Source: Synergistales bacterium
Lineage (GTDB): Bacteria; Synergistota; Synergistia; Synergistales; JAFGMB01
Assembly: GCA_963666205.1 (NCBI GenBank)
Contig: OY762654.1
Span: 1,632,001-1,696,000 of the forward strand
Length of the DNA: 64,000 nt
Reading direction: 5' to 3'
Below the pieces are notes generated by a model that searched no databases, was not told where the DNA came from, and saw only the letters and a list, made by a program, of their open reading frames with translations. Below, one piece after another: positions 47,564 through 57,467 of this stretch. Every line of letters starts with the position of its first letter. Within the stretch, counting starts at the first letter, position 1. A program made the position numbers and the translations under genes.

Positions 47564-47932
47564 TCAGTAGATCTCGTTACGGGAAATTTTGCAGAGGTAA
47601 TTCTTGTCCGTGCTCAGATAAATTTCAAGTATGGTTCCGTCCTGATCGTTTTCGCTGAAGCAGTTTATCCAGTCGGCAGGAATGAAGCTGCCGTCCAGCA
47701 TGATGTCCCGGGCCCTTTCGAATGTCCTGCATACGAAGGTTCCAAGGTTAACCTGGGGTTCTCCGTCCAGAGAGAAGGCCATTTTTATCCTTTCCCTTTC
47801 CTCTTCTTCTTCTTCTCTCTCCTCCTCTGCAAGAAAGGAGGAACTTCGGTAGGGAGCGGGGATCTCAACCATCCTGCAGGAGCATGACTCTATTTCAAAG
47901 ATCTGAAGGACATAGCATCTCTCCATATACAC
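47564..47932 (-). CDS. Hypothetical acidic protein
   Basis: GGAGG RBS; poly-E tract; same operon as its neighbours. Confidence 0.55.
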   Translation of the reverse strand: MYMERCYVLQIFEIESCSCRMVEIPAPYRSSSFLAEEEREEEEEERERIKMAFSLDGEPQVNLGTFVCRTFERARDIMLDGSFIPADWINCFSENDQDGTILEIYLSTDKNYLCKISRNEIY

Positions 47933-47942
47933 TGGGACCTCC

Positions 47943-48593
47943 CTAAAAGACTTTCCAGGTCCGTTCTCCTATGTCCTGGTTGTGTACAAGCTCTGCTGAA
48001 AAGGAACTGTATTTTTTCAGCAGGTTATGGTTGAGACCTTCAAGAGCATCCAGATCTGGTCTGTAAGGATCGATCTGAAGGAAGATCCTGGTCATCTCTT
48101 CTATTGTTCCCTGTGGTTTTCGATCTATTTGCCAGAAATACTTTGCCTCTGCAATTGTAAGGGCTACCTGAAGGGTATGAGAGAGACCCGCCCTGATCCG
48201 GCCTTCAGGAAATGAACGGCCGATGAGATCGAGTTTTTTCTCCATTTCCTTTCTACTTTCCTCGGGACATCTGTCCTTCATAAGGGCATCGGCGAACCAG
48301 AGCCTTGACACACAGAAAATCGGCCATATCTGGTTTTCGAATACACTTTCCGGCATTGCTTCCGGTCCCTCAACTACAATAGCAGAAAAGAGTGGGTGAA
48401 CCCTTTCCGCCAGGAATGCGAGGCAGAGGCATCTTATAAATTGGGAGTTATTTCGGTTTTCCCCTTCCGGTAAGAAGAATATGTGCTTTTTCCCTTCAGG
48501 ATCACAGGAGGCTTCAAAGAGATCACCGTCAGTTTTACATATCTCCAGTGGCCATTTCAGTTCTTTTTGCAGTTTTCTGATAGCTTTATCCAA
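47943..48593 (-). CDS. Hypothetical protein, possible catalytically dead zincin fold
   Basis: TTG start at 48593 after GAGGTG; FIRCLCLAFLAERVHPLFS segment. Confidence 0.6.
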   Translation of the reverse strand: MDKAIRKLQKELKWPLEICKTDGDLFEASCDPEGKKHIFFLPEGENRNNSQFIRCLCLAFLAERVHPLFSAIVVEGPEAMPESVFENQIWPIFCVSRLWFADALMKDRCPEESRKEMEKKLDLIGRSFPEGRIRAGLSHTLQVALTIAEAKYFWQIDRKPQGTIEEMTRIFLQIDPYRPDLDALEGLNHNLLKKYSSFSAELVHNQDIGERTWKVF

Positions 48594-48637
48594 AATTGTT
48601 GCACCTCTTTTCTTAGTAAAGGGGACTCCCTTTTCTA

Positions 48638-48665
48638 GAATCGGCAATCTGCGGACGGAAAAATA
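48638..48665 (-). promoter_or_regulatory. sigma28-type promoter
   Basis: TATT-N16-GCCGATTC; same architecture as TATT-N16-GCCGAAAA upstream of fliK (about 32318-32345). Confidence 0.5.
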
Positions 48666-48769
48666 GGGGGTTTTTCCAAATTTTTACTTTTTTCCAGGGG
48701 TCCCGGCTAACATACTTAAAAAGAGGTCTTTAATCACTTGTTTCACCTCAGGAGAGAGGAGGTCCATGG

Positions 48770-49606
48770 ATGGACATATTGGCAATGTCAAGTCTTCTTG
48801 CTACATTAGCCCTGGTAGTGGGGAGTATTATACTTGGAGGTTCCCCAGGAGCGTTTTTTAATTTGCCTTCCATATTCATCGTTGTGGGCGGAACCATGGG
48901 TGCTATTGGTCTGGCAACGCCCATGAAAGAACTTATGATGCTCCCTCACACTCTTAAGAAGGTCTTTGCTCGAGAGGAGAACCTGGATATCTCACATGTG
49001 ATCCGCATAATGATGTCCATGGCAAAGAAGGCAAGATCCGAAGGGCTTCTTGCTCTTGAAGAGGAACTGGAAAAGATTGATGACGGTTTCATACTTAAAT
49101 CAGCCCAGCTTGTTATAGATGGGACTCCTCCGGAACTTGTAAAATCCATCATGGATGTAGAAATAGATCTTATGGAAAGACGTTACGATGAGTCCAAAAA
49201 AGTATTTGACCTCATGGCTGATCTTGCACCAGCCTTTGGAATGATGGGGACCCTGATAGGATTGATCCAGATGCTGAGAAACCTGGATACTCCCGAAGCC
49301 CTGGGGCCAGGGATGGCTGTGGCCCTGATAACTACCTTCTATGGAACATTCATCTCCAATGTATTCGCCATACCTATTTCTAAAAAACTGGTAACCAGAA
49401 AGGTCAATGCTACCAAAGGAATGGAGATTGTAATGGAAGGTATCCTGTCTATACAGGCCGGTGATAATCCCAGACTGATAGAGGAGAAATTGAAGATTTT
49501 CCTTTCACCTCAGGAGAGATTAAGGTTGGATGAACCGGAAAACCGATCCTCAGAGAGAAACATAACGGGGGTGAATGTATCGGAGGAACCCGTCGTTCAG
49601 TCGTAA
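48770..49606 (+). CDS. motA: Stator A subunit (PomA/MotP-like)
   Basis: ARSEGLLALE, APAFGMMGTLIGL, AVALITTFYG. Confidence 0.93.
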   Translation: MDILAMSSLLATLALVVGSIILGGSPGAFFNLPSIFIVVGGTMGAIGLATPMKELMMLPHTLKKVFAREENLDISHVIRIMMSMAKKARSEGLLALEEELEKIDDGFILKSAQLVIDGTPPELVKSIMDVEIDLMERRYDESKKVFDLMADLAPAFGMMGTLIGLIQMLRNLDTPEALGPGMAVALITTFYGTFISNVFAIPISKKLVTRKVNATKGMEIVMEGILSIQAGDNPRLIEEKLKIFLSPQERLRLDEPENRSSERNITGVNVSEEPVVQS

Positions 49607-49611
49607 AGTCA

Positions 49612-51435
49612 TTATCGGGGAAAGGGCAGAAAACCGTTCCAGAAGGGGATACGGCCCTCCATTACTGTGTTCGCGAACCTTCCTGTAATGAAAAGTCCTG
49701 AGGCCTTGGGATTCCCGGGCAGTTCCAGGGATGGCTTAAATGCTATCCTAAAATTAAGTGACAGACATGGTCTTAAGTCAGGTATCTGATCTCTTGAAAG
49801 AATCATCCTTCCGCCTGTGGCCTCTGAGAGCCTTAATTGATAAAGATCTGGAATTACCTTGTCAGCCAGAAGATGGATCACAATGCCGTTGGAGAGGGCA
49901 TATCCTCCGAAGAGGGTTAGGGAAGCCAGATCCTGGGGAATGTTACCAGGATCAAGTAAAAGCTGCACTGCAGGTCCTCTAATGAATTCCTCGTCTGCGG
50001 GATCGGGAAGGCTGGGTTTTTCAATGGGAGCACTATCATAAGTTATCTCAGTTTCTACAACATCGATGAGGTTCCCTCCAAGTATTCCCTGGAATATCCT
50101 TTCATCAGTTCCTGATGGTCTGCCCAGAGGATGAATCAGCCTTGCTTCCACTATCCAGTTCTGGCGATTCCCTCTCTTTGCAGAAACAGGCCGGGGATAT
50201 TTCAGGGCCAGAAAACCTTTTTCAGCTTTTGTAATTATATTGCTGCACCTGTAAAGACGGGTGTCAGTTACTAAAACCTCCCCCTGACCGTTGCTGAAGA
50301 GAAACCACGCCTCGGGAAATGCCCCTCCGATACGAGAGCTTCGTTCATCCTTCAGGGATAATTCGAATAATTCCCTTTCCTCGGTAAGTACAAGAAGTTT
50401 TTCCGAATTGAGCCATTCAACCGATCGGGGATGTCCTGTAATATTAAAATTAGTAATTTCTTTACCTTTTTGAATATCCAGGATGAAAACCCTGTTTCCC
50501 ATCCTGTCCGCGACTGCGAGCAGTGGACCAAGAGATGCCAGGGATACAGGTTCGAAGCCTGATGAGGAAGGGTGCCATGAGTAGAGGGTCTTTCCGTCGG
50601 AGATGTTCACTACGAAGATCCTGCCCATTATCCTTTCGGCCAGGACAATGCGCCCAGCTCCGGCAAAGGATGCATCTGATATTGAACGGGCTTGGGTATT
50701 TCCCCTGAGTATTTCTGAAAAAACCTTACGGTTGAAACTTCCCCGAAGGAAGGTACCATCGGAGAATACCAGAACCAGACTATCTCCCCCTGTCGGAAGT
50801 GCCCGCACTATCTGGCCTCCGGCTTTACCGGAATAATATCTGCTCCACCCTTTTTCGTTTTTCTTGTAAACCCAGACCTTTTGGTTCATGGTATCGCAGA
50901 GTGTAAGGATATTTCCCATGAGAGACGGGCGGCCCGGCATGGAAAAGGAGGATCCCCAGAAAATGTCCAGGTCGAATTTATCCCTGAAATTGCCTGGACC
51001 TGACATTTTAGTACTGCTGCTTATTCCTGAAGAAAGGCTTTTCTCAAGATAAACACTTCTATCTTCAATTTCCTTGAGAAAACCGATGGCGAAAGGGTCA
51101 TCAGGCTTTACTTCAAGGTAGAGTTCCAGGTTCCGCCTGGTTTCGGCATAATCGCCAAGAAGTGAAAAACAGTAACCTCTCAGGAGGTAGTATGAAACCA
51201 GGTAGGGATCATACCTAAGGGTCTCCTCAAGTTCTTCAAGGGCATTGCCTACCTTCCCCTCCAGAGCCTTCTGATAGGCGGAGGCGAAGATGGCTTCGCC
51301 GTACATATGTTCCGCTGTTGGGAGAAAGATACGGGGTTCAGATGCATTTACAAAGGCAGGAATCACAATAATGGTTCCTACCAGGAGATACAATATGAAC
51401 TTATTCACCCTTTTCAAAACAATTCCCCCGTTCAT
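49612..51435 (-). CDS. Exported TPR + beta-propeller-like protein
   Basis: Signal peptide; TPR-like YLLRGYCFSLLGDYAE; repeated propeller-like strands. Confidence 0.6.
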   Translation of the reverse strand: MNGGIVLKRVNKFILYLLVGTIIVIPAFVNASEPRIFLPTAEHMYGEAIFASAYQKALEGKVGNALEELEETLRYDPYLVSYYLLRGYCFSLLGDYAETRRNLELYLEVKPDDPFAIGFLKEIEDRSVYLEKSLSSGISSSTKMSGPGNFRDKFDLDIFWGSSFSMPGRPSLMGNILTLCDTMNQKVWVYKKNEKGWSRYYSGKAGGQIVRALPTGGDSLVLVFSDGTFLRGSFNRKVFSEILRGNTQARSISDASFAGAGRIVLAERIMGRIFVVNISDGKTLYSWHPSSSGFEPVSLASLGPLLAVADRMGNRVFILDIQKGKEITNFNITGHPRSVEWLNSEKLLVLTEERELFELSLKDERSSRIGGAFPEAWFLFSNGQGEVLVTDTRLYRCSNIITKAEKGFLALKYPRPVSAKRGNRQNWIVEARLIHPLGRPSGTDERIFQGILGGNLIDVVETEITYDSAPIEKPSLPDPADEEFIRGPAVQLLLDPGNIPQDLASLTLFGGYALSNGIVIHLLADKVIPDLYQLRLSEATGGRMILSRDQIPDLRPCLSLNFRIAFKPSLELPGNPKASGLFITGRFANTVMEGRIPFWNGFLPFPR

Positions 51436-51470
51436 TACCTTAAGCTTGTTTTCTTCGGCAAACCATACTA

Positions 51471-51768
51471 TTAATCTTTTTTGACGGAAGCAGGGTCGAT
51501 TATAAGAGCTACATTTCCATCCCCGAGGATAGTCCTTCCTGAGGTTGAACTTTTACTCTTCCTTGATCCGTCAGGTACTTCTTCCATTGTATTGGTGAGT
51601 GATGTCATGTTATTGAAACCCATGGTTTCCCCCATTCCCTTCAGGGTATGGACAACCCGGAAGATCTTGTTGATCACCCTCTTCGAAGGCCAGAAGATAT
51701 TTTTTCAGCCTCTACAGGTTGTCTTCAGTTGAATCGATAAAGGTTCCGATATAATCATTGAGATCCAT
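51471..51768 (-). pseudogene. cheA: cheA histidine kinase remnant
   Basis: MDLNDYIGTFIDSTEDNL*RL..., a frameshift, then Hpt motif INKIFRVVHTLKGM joined directly to the extreme C-terminal GRTILGDGNVALIIDP; the kinase core is absent. Confidence 0.9.
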
Positions 51769-51849
51769 AATGGAATTCTCTACTTTTTACTGGTAGCTGG
51801 AAAAGCAATTCTTTCCCTGGAAATAAAGACAGATGAGTGCTTAATACCC

Positions 51850-52236
51850 TTAGATATTTTTCCTTTTCCGTCTTTCATCAATGAACATCTCGTTTGGCTT
51901 CGAGTTTTCACAGGAACCTCTCTGTTCCATCTTTCTAAGCTCCGAGGCGAACTGGTCTGCCAGGTCTCTTCTGTAAACAGTTTCTTCTGACAATTTTTCT
52001 ACCTCTTCAAAGAGGCCTTCCTCTGCTAGTATCCGGATATAGAGGAGATCCACATCAAGTCTTTCAGAGAGCTTCAGGCTGTCGAGCTTCTCACCGGGAG
52101 AGGCGTTACGGATCTCATTTCTGGCTCTGAAGTATATCTCGTTGAGTTCATCCTTGCATTCAGGGCAAACCCTGGGGCCTCTGACATGCATATAAATCTT
52201 TCCGCAAATCCTGCAATTTTTCAAAGAATCTTTCAT
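51850..52236 (-). CDS. YvyF-like flagellar operon Zn-ribbon protein
   Basis: LKNCRICGKIY...VCPEC. Confidence 0.75.
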   Translation of the reverse strand: MKDSLKNCRICGKIYMHVRGPRVCPECKDELNEIYFRARNEIRNASPGEKLDSLKLSERLDVDLLYIRILAEEGLFEEVEKLSEETVYRRDLADQFASELRKMEQRGSCENSKPNEMFIDERRKRKNI

Positions 52237-52348
52237 TTTGGCAAGTTTCCTCCCATCTGGAACGATCCACAATAACGAGTATAGAAGTAAAAGAGACAGC
52301 AAAAACAGCATAGGTTCTTAAAAAGGGGGTTACAGGCATGTTTCTTTA

Positions 52349-53062
52349 TCAGGAAAGAATGACCAGGTCCACTCTCCTGTTCATCTGCCGGTGATAATCT
52401 GTGTCGTTGGGCATGATAGGTCTGGATTCCCCATATCCTATAGATAGCAATCTCCTGGGAGAAAGGCCAACAGATCCTGAGAGAAAGGACACTATTCTTG
52501 AGGCTCTGAGAGCTGAGAGGTCCCAGTTGTCCCTTATGATCCCTTTTCCGTTGACGGGTATGCTGTCTGAGTGTCCTTCTGCTGAAATATCGTTGGGTAT
52601 CTCCCTGAAGATCTCTCCAAGGATAGATAGGACCCTTTTCCCTTCGGGCAGAAGCTCATATTGCCCTTTCTGAAAAAGGAGCCCCTCCGAAATTGAAATC
52701 ACCACTCCACGCTGATTTATTGAGACATTGATCTCTTCTTCCAGCCCATATTCCTTTATGATGGATTCTATCTTCCTGGCCACTTTCATGGTGTCCATGG
52801 TCTGTTTCCTTGAACTGCCCGCATCCTTCATGGTCTGGCCCGAAAATACGTTCTGGTCCTCTTCGAAAGTCTTACCTCCTTCGATAATTCCGATGGCTCC
52901 CCGGAATGAGGAAAGCATTTTCTGAAACTTCATGACATCTATGGTGGAGAATGAATAGAGGAGGATGAAAAAGGTGAGGATAAGGGTGACCATGTCGCCA
53001 TAGGTTGTCATCCAGTTTCCTCCAGACTTGGATTCTTCATTTTTCCTCTTTTTTCTTGCCAA
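52349..53062 (-). CDS. motB: Stator B subunit (PomB/MotS-like)
   Basis: WMTTYGDMVTLILTFFILL; OmpA-like domain GHSD, NWDLSALRA, NRRV. Confidence 0.93.
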   Translation of the reverse strand: MARKKRKNEESKSGGNWMTTYGDMVTLILTFFILLYSFSTIDVMKFQKMLSSFRGAIGIIEGGKTFEEDQNVFSGQTMKDAGSSRKQTMDTMKVARKIESIIKEYGLEEEINVSINQRGVVISISEGLLFQKGQYELLPEGKRVLSILGEIFREIPNDISAEGHSDSIPVNGKGIIRDNWDLSALRASRIVSFLSGSVGLSPRRLLSIGYGESRPIMPNDTDYHRQMNRRVDLVILS

Positions 53063-53083
53063 TTTTCATCTTCCTTTCGCGGC

Positions 53084-55198
53084 CTATTCTACAATCCCTA
53101 CGGTCTTTATCCTGGTATCGCCGGGAAGTTCACTGTACCCCATGACCGCCACGTTGGGAAAGGACCTTTCTATGATCTTCCTCACAAAAAGCCTGACCTC
53201 AGGATGGACTATGAGTACCTGGGGTAGACCTTCCCGAAGAAGATTTTCAGTGGCAGAACCCACGGCATAGATGAAGCTCTGAATATCCTTCGGGTCCATC
53301 TTCATGCGCCACCCCTCCACCAGGTTGCCCTGGACGGATTCTTTGATCATCTTTTCTCTTTCAGGTGAGAGGGTCACTGCCGTAAGTTCTCCCGAAGTTT
53401 CATTGATATAAAGGGAGAGTATAATTTTTCCCAGGGTTTCCCTGGCCTTCTCAGAGAGAAAATCGGGATTCTGTACTGACTTGCCGTAATCTGCAAGGGT
53501 TTCGAAAATGCCAGCCAGGTCCCGGATGGGTACCTTTTCTCTCACAAGGTTCTGAAGCACTTTCTGAATATCGCCCAGGCTGAGGTATCTGAGCATTTCT
53601 TCCACCACTGCAGGAGCGCTGTCCTTGACCATATCAACCATGTTCTGAACGGTCTGCCGGGTCAGGAGATCCGCAGCATTGGTCCGGACCACCTCTGAGA
53701 GATGGGTTGCCAGAACGGAAGGAGCATCCACAACGGTGTAACCAAGCTCCTCAGCCTTGGACCTCAGTTCAGGAATTATCCACAGGGCATCCAGATTGAA
53801 AGTAGGTTCCTTCGTGGGTATACCCACAAGTTCACCCTTCGTGTCTCCCGTATCGATGGCAAGGAAGTGATCGGGCATGAGCTCAGCAGCCTTTTCGGGA
53901 ACCCCCCTGACCTTTATCGTATAGGATGTCGGTTTTAGCTGTAGATTATCCTTGATCCGTACCGGAGGAGTGACCACACCCATTTCAAGTGCCAGCTGGC
54001 GCCTGAGGGTCTGAATCCTGTCAAGCAGATCTCCTCCTCTTGAAGGTTCGATCATTGGAATAAGGGCGTATCCGACTTCCAGTTCCAGCGGGTCCACGGC
54101 GAGGAGCTTCATTACATTGTCAAAACTGCCGCTGTCAGTTTTAGACTGGGGCGCAGGATTTGCCTGTTCCTTCCGGCTCTTTGAGGCCTGCAGATCTTGT
54201 TCCTCCTCTTCCTCTTTCTTGATCTTGAAAACCCAGTAACCCAGTACGCACAGAAATGAAGCCATAAGAATGAAAGGGATCCTGGGAAAACCGGGTACCA
54301 CTGCAAGTGCAAAAAGAAGAACGGATCCCACCCATAGGGGCCTGTAATGGTTTATAAGCGATTTTGTTATGTCCCGGCCGAGGTTGTTTTCTCCTGCTGA
54401 GCGGGTGACCAGAATACCTGTAGCCGTTGAAATTATAAGGGCCGGTATCTGCGCAACCAGACCATCTCCAACGGTGAGAAGGCTGAATTTCTGAGTAGCT
54501 TGTGAAAGAGTGAGGCCCTGCTGGAATATCCCTATGCAGATTCCTCCGATGATATTTATGGTTGTTATTATGAGGCCTGCAACTGCATCACCCTTGACGA
54601 ACTTTGAGGCGCCATCCATGGCTCCGAAGAAATCGGCCTCCCTCTGGACTGTTTTCCGTCTCTCCCTGGCTGTATGTTCGTCTATAAGGCCGTTACCGAG
54701 ATCTGCATCGATAGCCATCTGTTTGCCCGGCATTCCGTCAAGCTGAAAGCGAGCCTGTACTTCCGCAACCCTTTCTGCACCCTTGGTAATTACCAGGAAC
54801 TGGATAAGGACCAGGATGAGAAAAACTATACCTCCTACCAGATAGTTTCCACCCACTACAAAGTTTCCGAAGGCGGTGATGAGTCTTCCCGCAAAGCCAT
54901 GAAGAAGGATAAGACGAGTGGTTGATACGTTCAGGGAAAGCCTGAAAAGGGTAGCTACCAGAAGTATGGAGGGAAAAGCGGCAATCTCAAGGGCATTATG
55001 GACATAGAAAGTGGTGAGAAGTATGATAACTGCAAATGTGATATTCAGAGCCAGAAATACGTCCAGAATGATAGTGGGAAGGGGAATAACCATCATAGCC
55101 ACAATAAGGATCACCATTAAGGTGATCCCCATGTCGGAGTATTTCAGCATTCTTTCGATGGGATTATGTTTTCCTGCCTTAGCTTTTGCCATTGCCAT
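53084..55198 (-). CDS. flhA: Export apparatus FlhA
   Basis: ITKGAERVAEV.ARF.LD.MPGKQM, FFGAMDGASKFVKGD. Confidence 0.97.
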   Translation of the reverse strand: MAMAKAKAGKHNPIERMLKYSDMGITLMVILIVAMMVIPLPTIILDVFLALNITFAVIILLTTFYVHNALEIAAFPSILLVATLFRLSLNVSTTRLILLHGFAGRLITAFGNFVVGGNYLVGGIVFLILVLIQFLVITKGAERVAEVQARFQLDGMPGKQMAIDADLGNGLIDEHTARERRKTVQREADFFGAMDGASKFVKGDAVAGLIITTINIIGGICIGIFQQGLTLSQATQKFSLLTVGDGLVAQIPALIISTATGILVTRSAGENNLGRDITKSLINHYRPLWVGSVLLFALAVVPGFPRIPFILMASFLCVLGYWVFKIKKEEEEEQDLQASKSRKEQANPAPQSKTDSGSFDNVMKLLAVDPLELEVGYALIPMIEPSRGGDLLDRIQTLRRQLALEMGVVTPPVRIKDNLQLKPTSYTIKVRGVPEKAAELMPDHFLAIDTGDTKGELVGIPTKEPTFNLDALWIIPELRSKAEELGYTVVDAPSVLATHLSEVVRTNAADLLTRQTVQNMVDMVKDSAPAVVEEMLRYLSLGDIQKVLQNLVREKVPIRDLAGIFETLADYGKSVQNPDFLSEKARETLGKIILSLYINETSGELTAVTLSPEREKMIKESVQGNLVEGWRMKMDPKDIQSFIYAVGSATENLLREGLPQVLIVHPEVRLFVRKIIERSFPNVAVMGYSELPGDTRIKTVGIVE

Positions 55199-55218
55199 AT
55201 TTGTGGTTCAACTCCCCG

Positions 55219-56799
55219 CTACTCTTTAAGTGAAACGATCTTTACTCTACCATTCTGGTAGACAAATTGGACTTCTTCCAGGGTTTCCCTCAACAGAAGA
55301 GTGTCCTGCCGTATGGAAACGGCAACGCCTGGGTAACATATACCCCGGACTTTAACGGTACCCTGGAGCTTTGCACGGTCGATTGTCTGATCTATTTCCT
55401 GCTGAAGGGCCTCTATCCTGGCCAGTTGTTCCTGAAGTACTGGACGGAGCTCAAGGAATCTGGTGGCCAGTGTTTTCTGGTTGTCGTTGAGGCCCCTTTC
55501 TTTCAAAGTTTTTGACAGATAGAAAATGTTCTTTTCCAGAGTTTTGACTTTGGCCATAAGATCAAGTTTTTTGTTCAGGAGATCCTTCTTCTGAGCGATA
55601 AGTTTTGGTGAGATTCCTACGAGAAGTGAGGTTTTTGTTCCTATCCTGGAACCAAGGGAGGTACATTCTATTTCCAGGCCGGCTCTCAATATACCTCCTG
55701 CAATGAGACCCTTTCCTCCCTCAACTAAACGGATTGCTCCTTCCGCTTCCACTTCGCAATGCATCAGGGCTTTTTTAAAGAAAAGGTTTCGCCCTGTTTT
55801 TATTCTGCACTGGTCCATATATTCTGCATTAAGGTCGTTACCGCACTCGATGAAACCACTTCCCATTCCCCTGACGCTGGACCTAAGGGTCATGTCCTTG
55901 CCTGCGGAGAGATAAGCGCCCTCAACTACTCCCATGATCTCAATGTTTTCGTGAGCTTTCAGGGAAAAATGGTCCCTGACCGAGCCAGAAACGATTATGC
56001 TTCCGAAGCACTCAAGGTTACCTGTCCCGTAGTCAATGTCACCACGGACCTGGAAGACTGTTTCCACGGAGAATCTGTTGCCATCCCTTAAAAGATGGCC
56101 TCCAGCTGTGGCTGTAAGCTCCAGCCCGTCCTCAGAAAGGCTGGTGTTGGGGCCAGCCTTTATAGTGATATCCTTTGCCTTGCGCGACTTGACGGATTTT
56201 CCCGTAACATCCATTCCATCAAGGCCCTCTTGAAGGGGGGTCTTCACAGCTATGAGCTGTTTTTCCCGAATACTATTTATGATCCCCAGGTTCTTCAGAT
56301 CTACCTGGACAGCATCGTCGGAGTTAAGGGGGGTATTTCTACCCGTATCCACAAGGACATTTAAAGAGGCATCGATCCCGTCTCTGGAGGGCTTCCCCCT
56401 GGCTATCTCAATCCATTTCCAGGAGAGAGCGGCTCCTTTTTCCGGGATTTTGTTCAGGAGTTCTTCATCCAGACCTTCAATAACCCCATTTTCTTCAAGA
56501 GCCTTCCTGATCTCGTCCATTCCGGGCATGCCGTCCGATTCTGAAAAATCCAGAAAGATCTCAGCTTTCATATGGTCCGGGGAAATACGGACCTGTATTT
56601 TTTTATCCCCTTTTCCGGTTATCAAGGTCCATTGTCCAGATGCTCCTGCAATTGCTCCTTTCACCTTTTCAAATGAAACGGCTATTCCCTTGTCTGCCAG
56701 GGATTCAAGGATAATGTGCGGGTTTGTATCTGCATCTAATACCCTTAAAAAAATCTCTCCAGATTCTTTTTTCAATTCGTAGGGTTTTTCGTGATCCAT
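55219..56799 (-). CDS. FapA / DUF342 family protein
   Basis: GDIDYGTGNL, GLIAGG, ICYPGV. Confidence 0.85.
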   Translation of the reverse strand: MDHEKPYELKKESGEIFLRVLDADTNPHIILESLADKGIAVSFEKVKGAIAGASGQWTLITGKGDKKIQVRISPDHMKAEIFLDFSESDGMPGMDEIRKALEENGVIEGLDEELLNKIPEKGAALSWKWIEIARGKPSRDGIDASLNVLVDTGRNTPLNSDDAVQVDLKNLGIINSIREKQLIAVKTPLQEGLDGMDVTGKSVKSRKAKDITIKAGPNTSLSEDGLELTATAGGHLLRDGNRFSVETVFQVRGDIDYGTGNLECFGSIIVSGSVRDHFSLKAHENIEIMGVVEGAYLSAGKDMTLRSSVRGMGSGFIECGNDLNAEYMDQCRIKTGRNLFFKKALMHCEVEAEGAIRLVEGGKGLIAGGILRAGLEIECTSLGSRIGTKTSLLVGISPKLIAQKKDLLNKKLDLMAKVKTLEKNIFYLSKTLKERGLNDNQKTLATRFLELRPVLQEQLARIEALQQEIDQTIDRAKLQGTVKVRGICYPGVAVSIRQDTLLLRETLEEVQFVYQNGRVKIVSLKE

Positions 56800-56830
56800 T
56801 ATTATGGGCCTCTCTCTCAGGGGTAATTCT

Positions 56831-57418
56831 CTATTTTTCTCTTGCTCTGCCGATCATGGCAAGAACACATTTCACATAATGGTTCACCATGGGATGGGGT
56901 GGAACGCCACCGTAATGATCGACCCGGGAAGGCCCTGAATGATAGGCCGCAAGGGAAAGATCTTCCCTGCCTTTATAACGTTCAAGAAGTGTTTTCAGGT
57001 ACCGGATGCCGCCGTCCAGATTCTGCTCCGGATCATAAGGGTCCTGAACGCCCAACATTTCAGCTGTGGAGGGCATTAACTGCATCAGCCCCATGGCTCC
57101 AGCCCTTGAAGTAGCCCGGGGATTGCCTCCTGATTCCATCTCCACCACAGATCTGACCAGGTTCTCATCCACTCCGTATCTGAGGGCCTTTTCCCTGATC
57201 AGAGAGTCCACGTCAGGTGACTCGCCCCTCGTTTCAAGATTCTTATGGGAAAGTCCAGGGGAAACATTTCCCCCCTTCCTGTCTTTTTCAGGGAGGGGGA
57301 TATCTTTCTTTTCATTAATTTTTTCCAGGACATGGATGAATTTGCGTTCGGGTTCCGATTCCCCAAGTCTGCAGAATCGGTTCCGTATCTCCTCCATTCT
57401 GGACTGGACATTTCTCAT
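56831..57418 (-). CDS. Lytic transglycosylase (SLT domain)
   Basis: ESGGNP..SRAGAMGLMQLMP, QNLDGG, LAAYHSG. Confidence 0.9.
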   Translation of the reverse strand: MRNVQSRMEEIRNRFCRLGESEPERKFIHVLEKINEKKDIPLPEKDRKGGNVSPGLSHKNLETRGESPDVDSLIREKALRYGVDENLVRSVVEMESGGNPRATSRAGAMGLMQLMPSTAEMLGVQDPYDPEQNLDGGIRYLKTLLERYKGREDLSLAAYHSGPSRVDHYGGVPPHPMVNHYVKCVLAMIGRAREK

Positions 57419-57467
57419 ATTGGAATAACAGGGTCCTGCAAAATTTTTCAGGGTTCGTCACTCCTGT

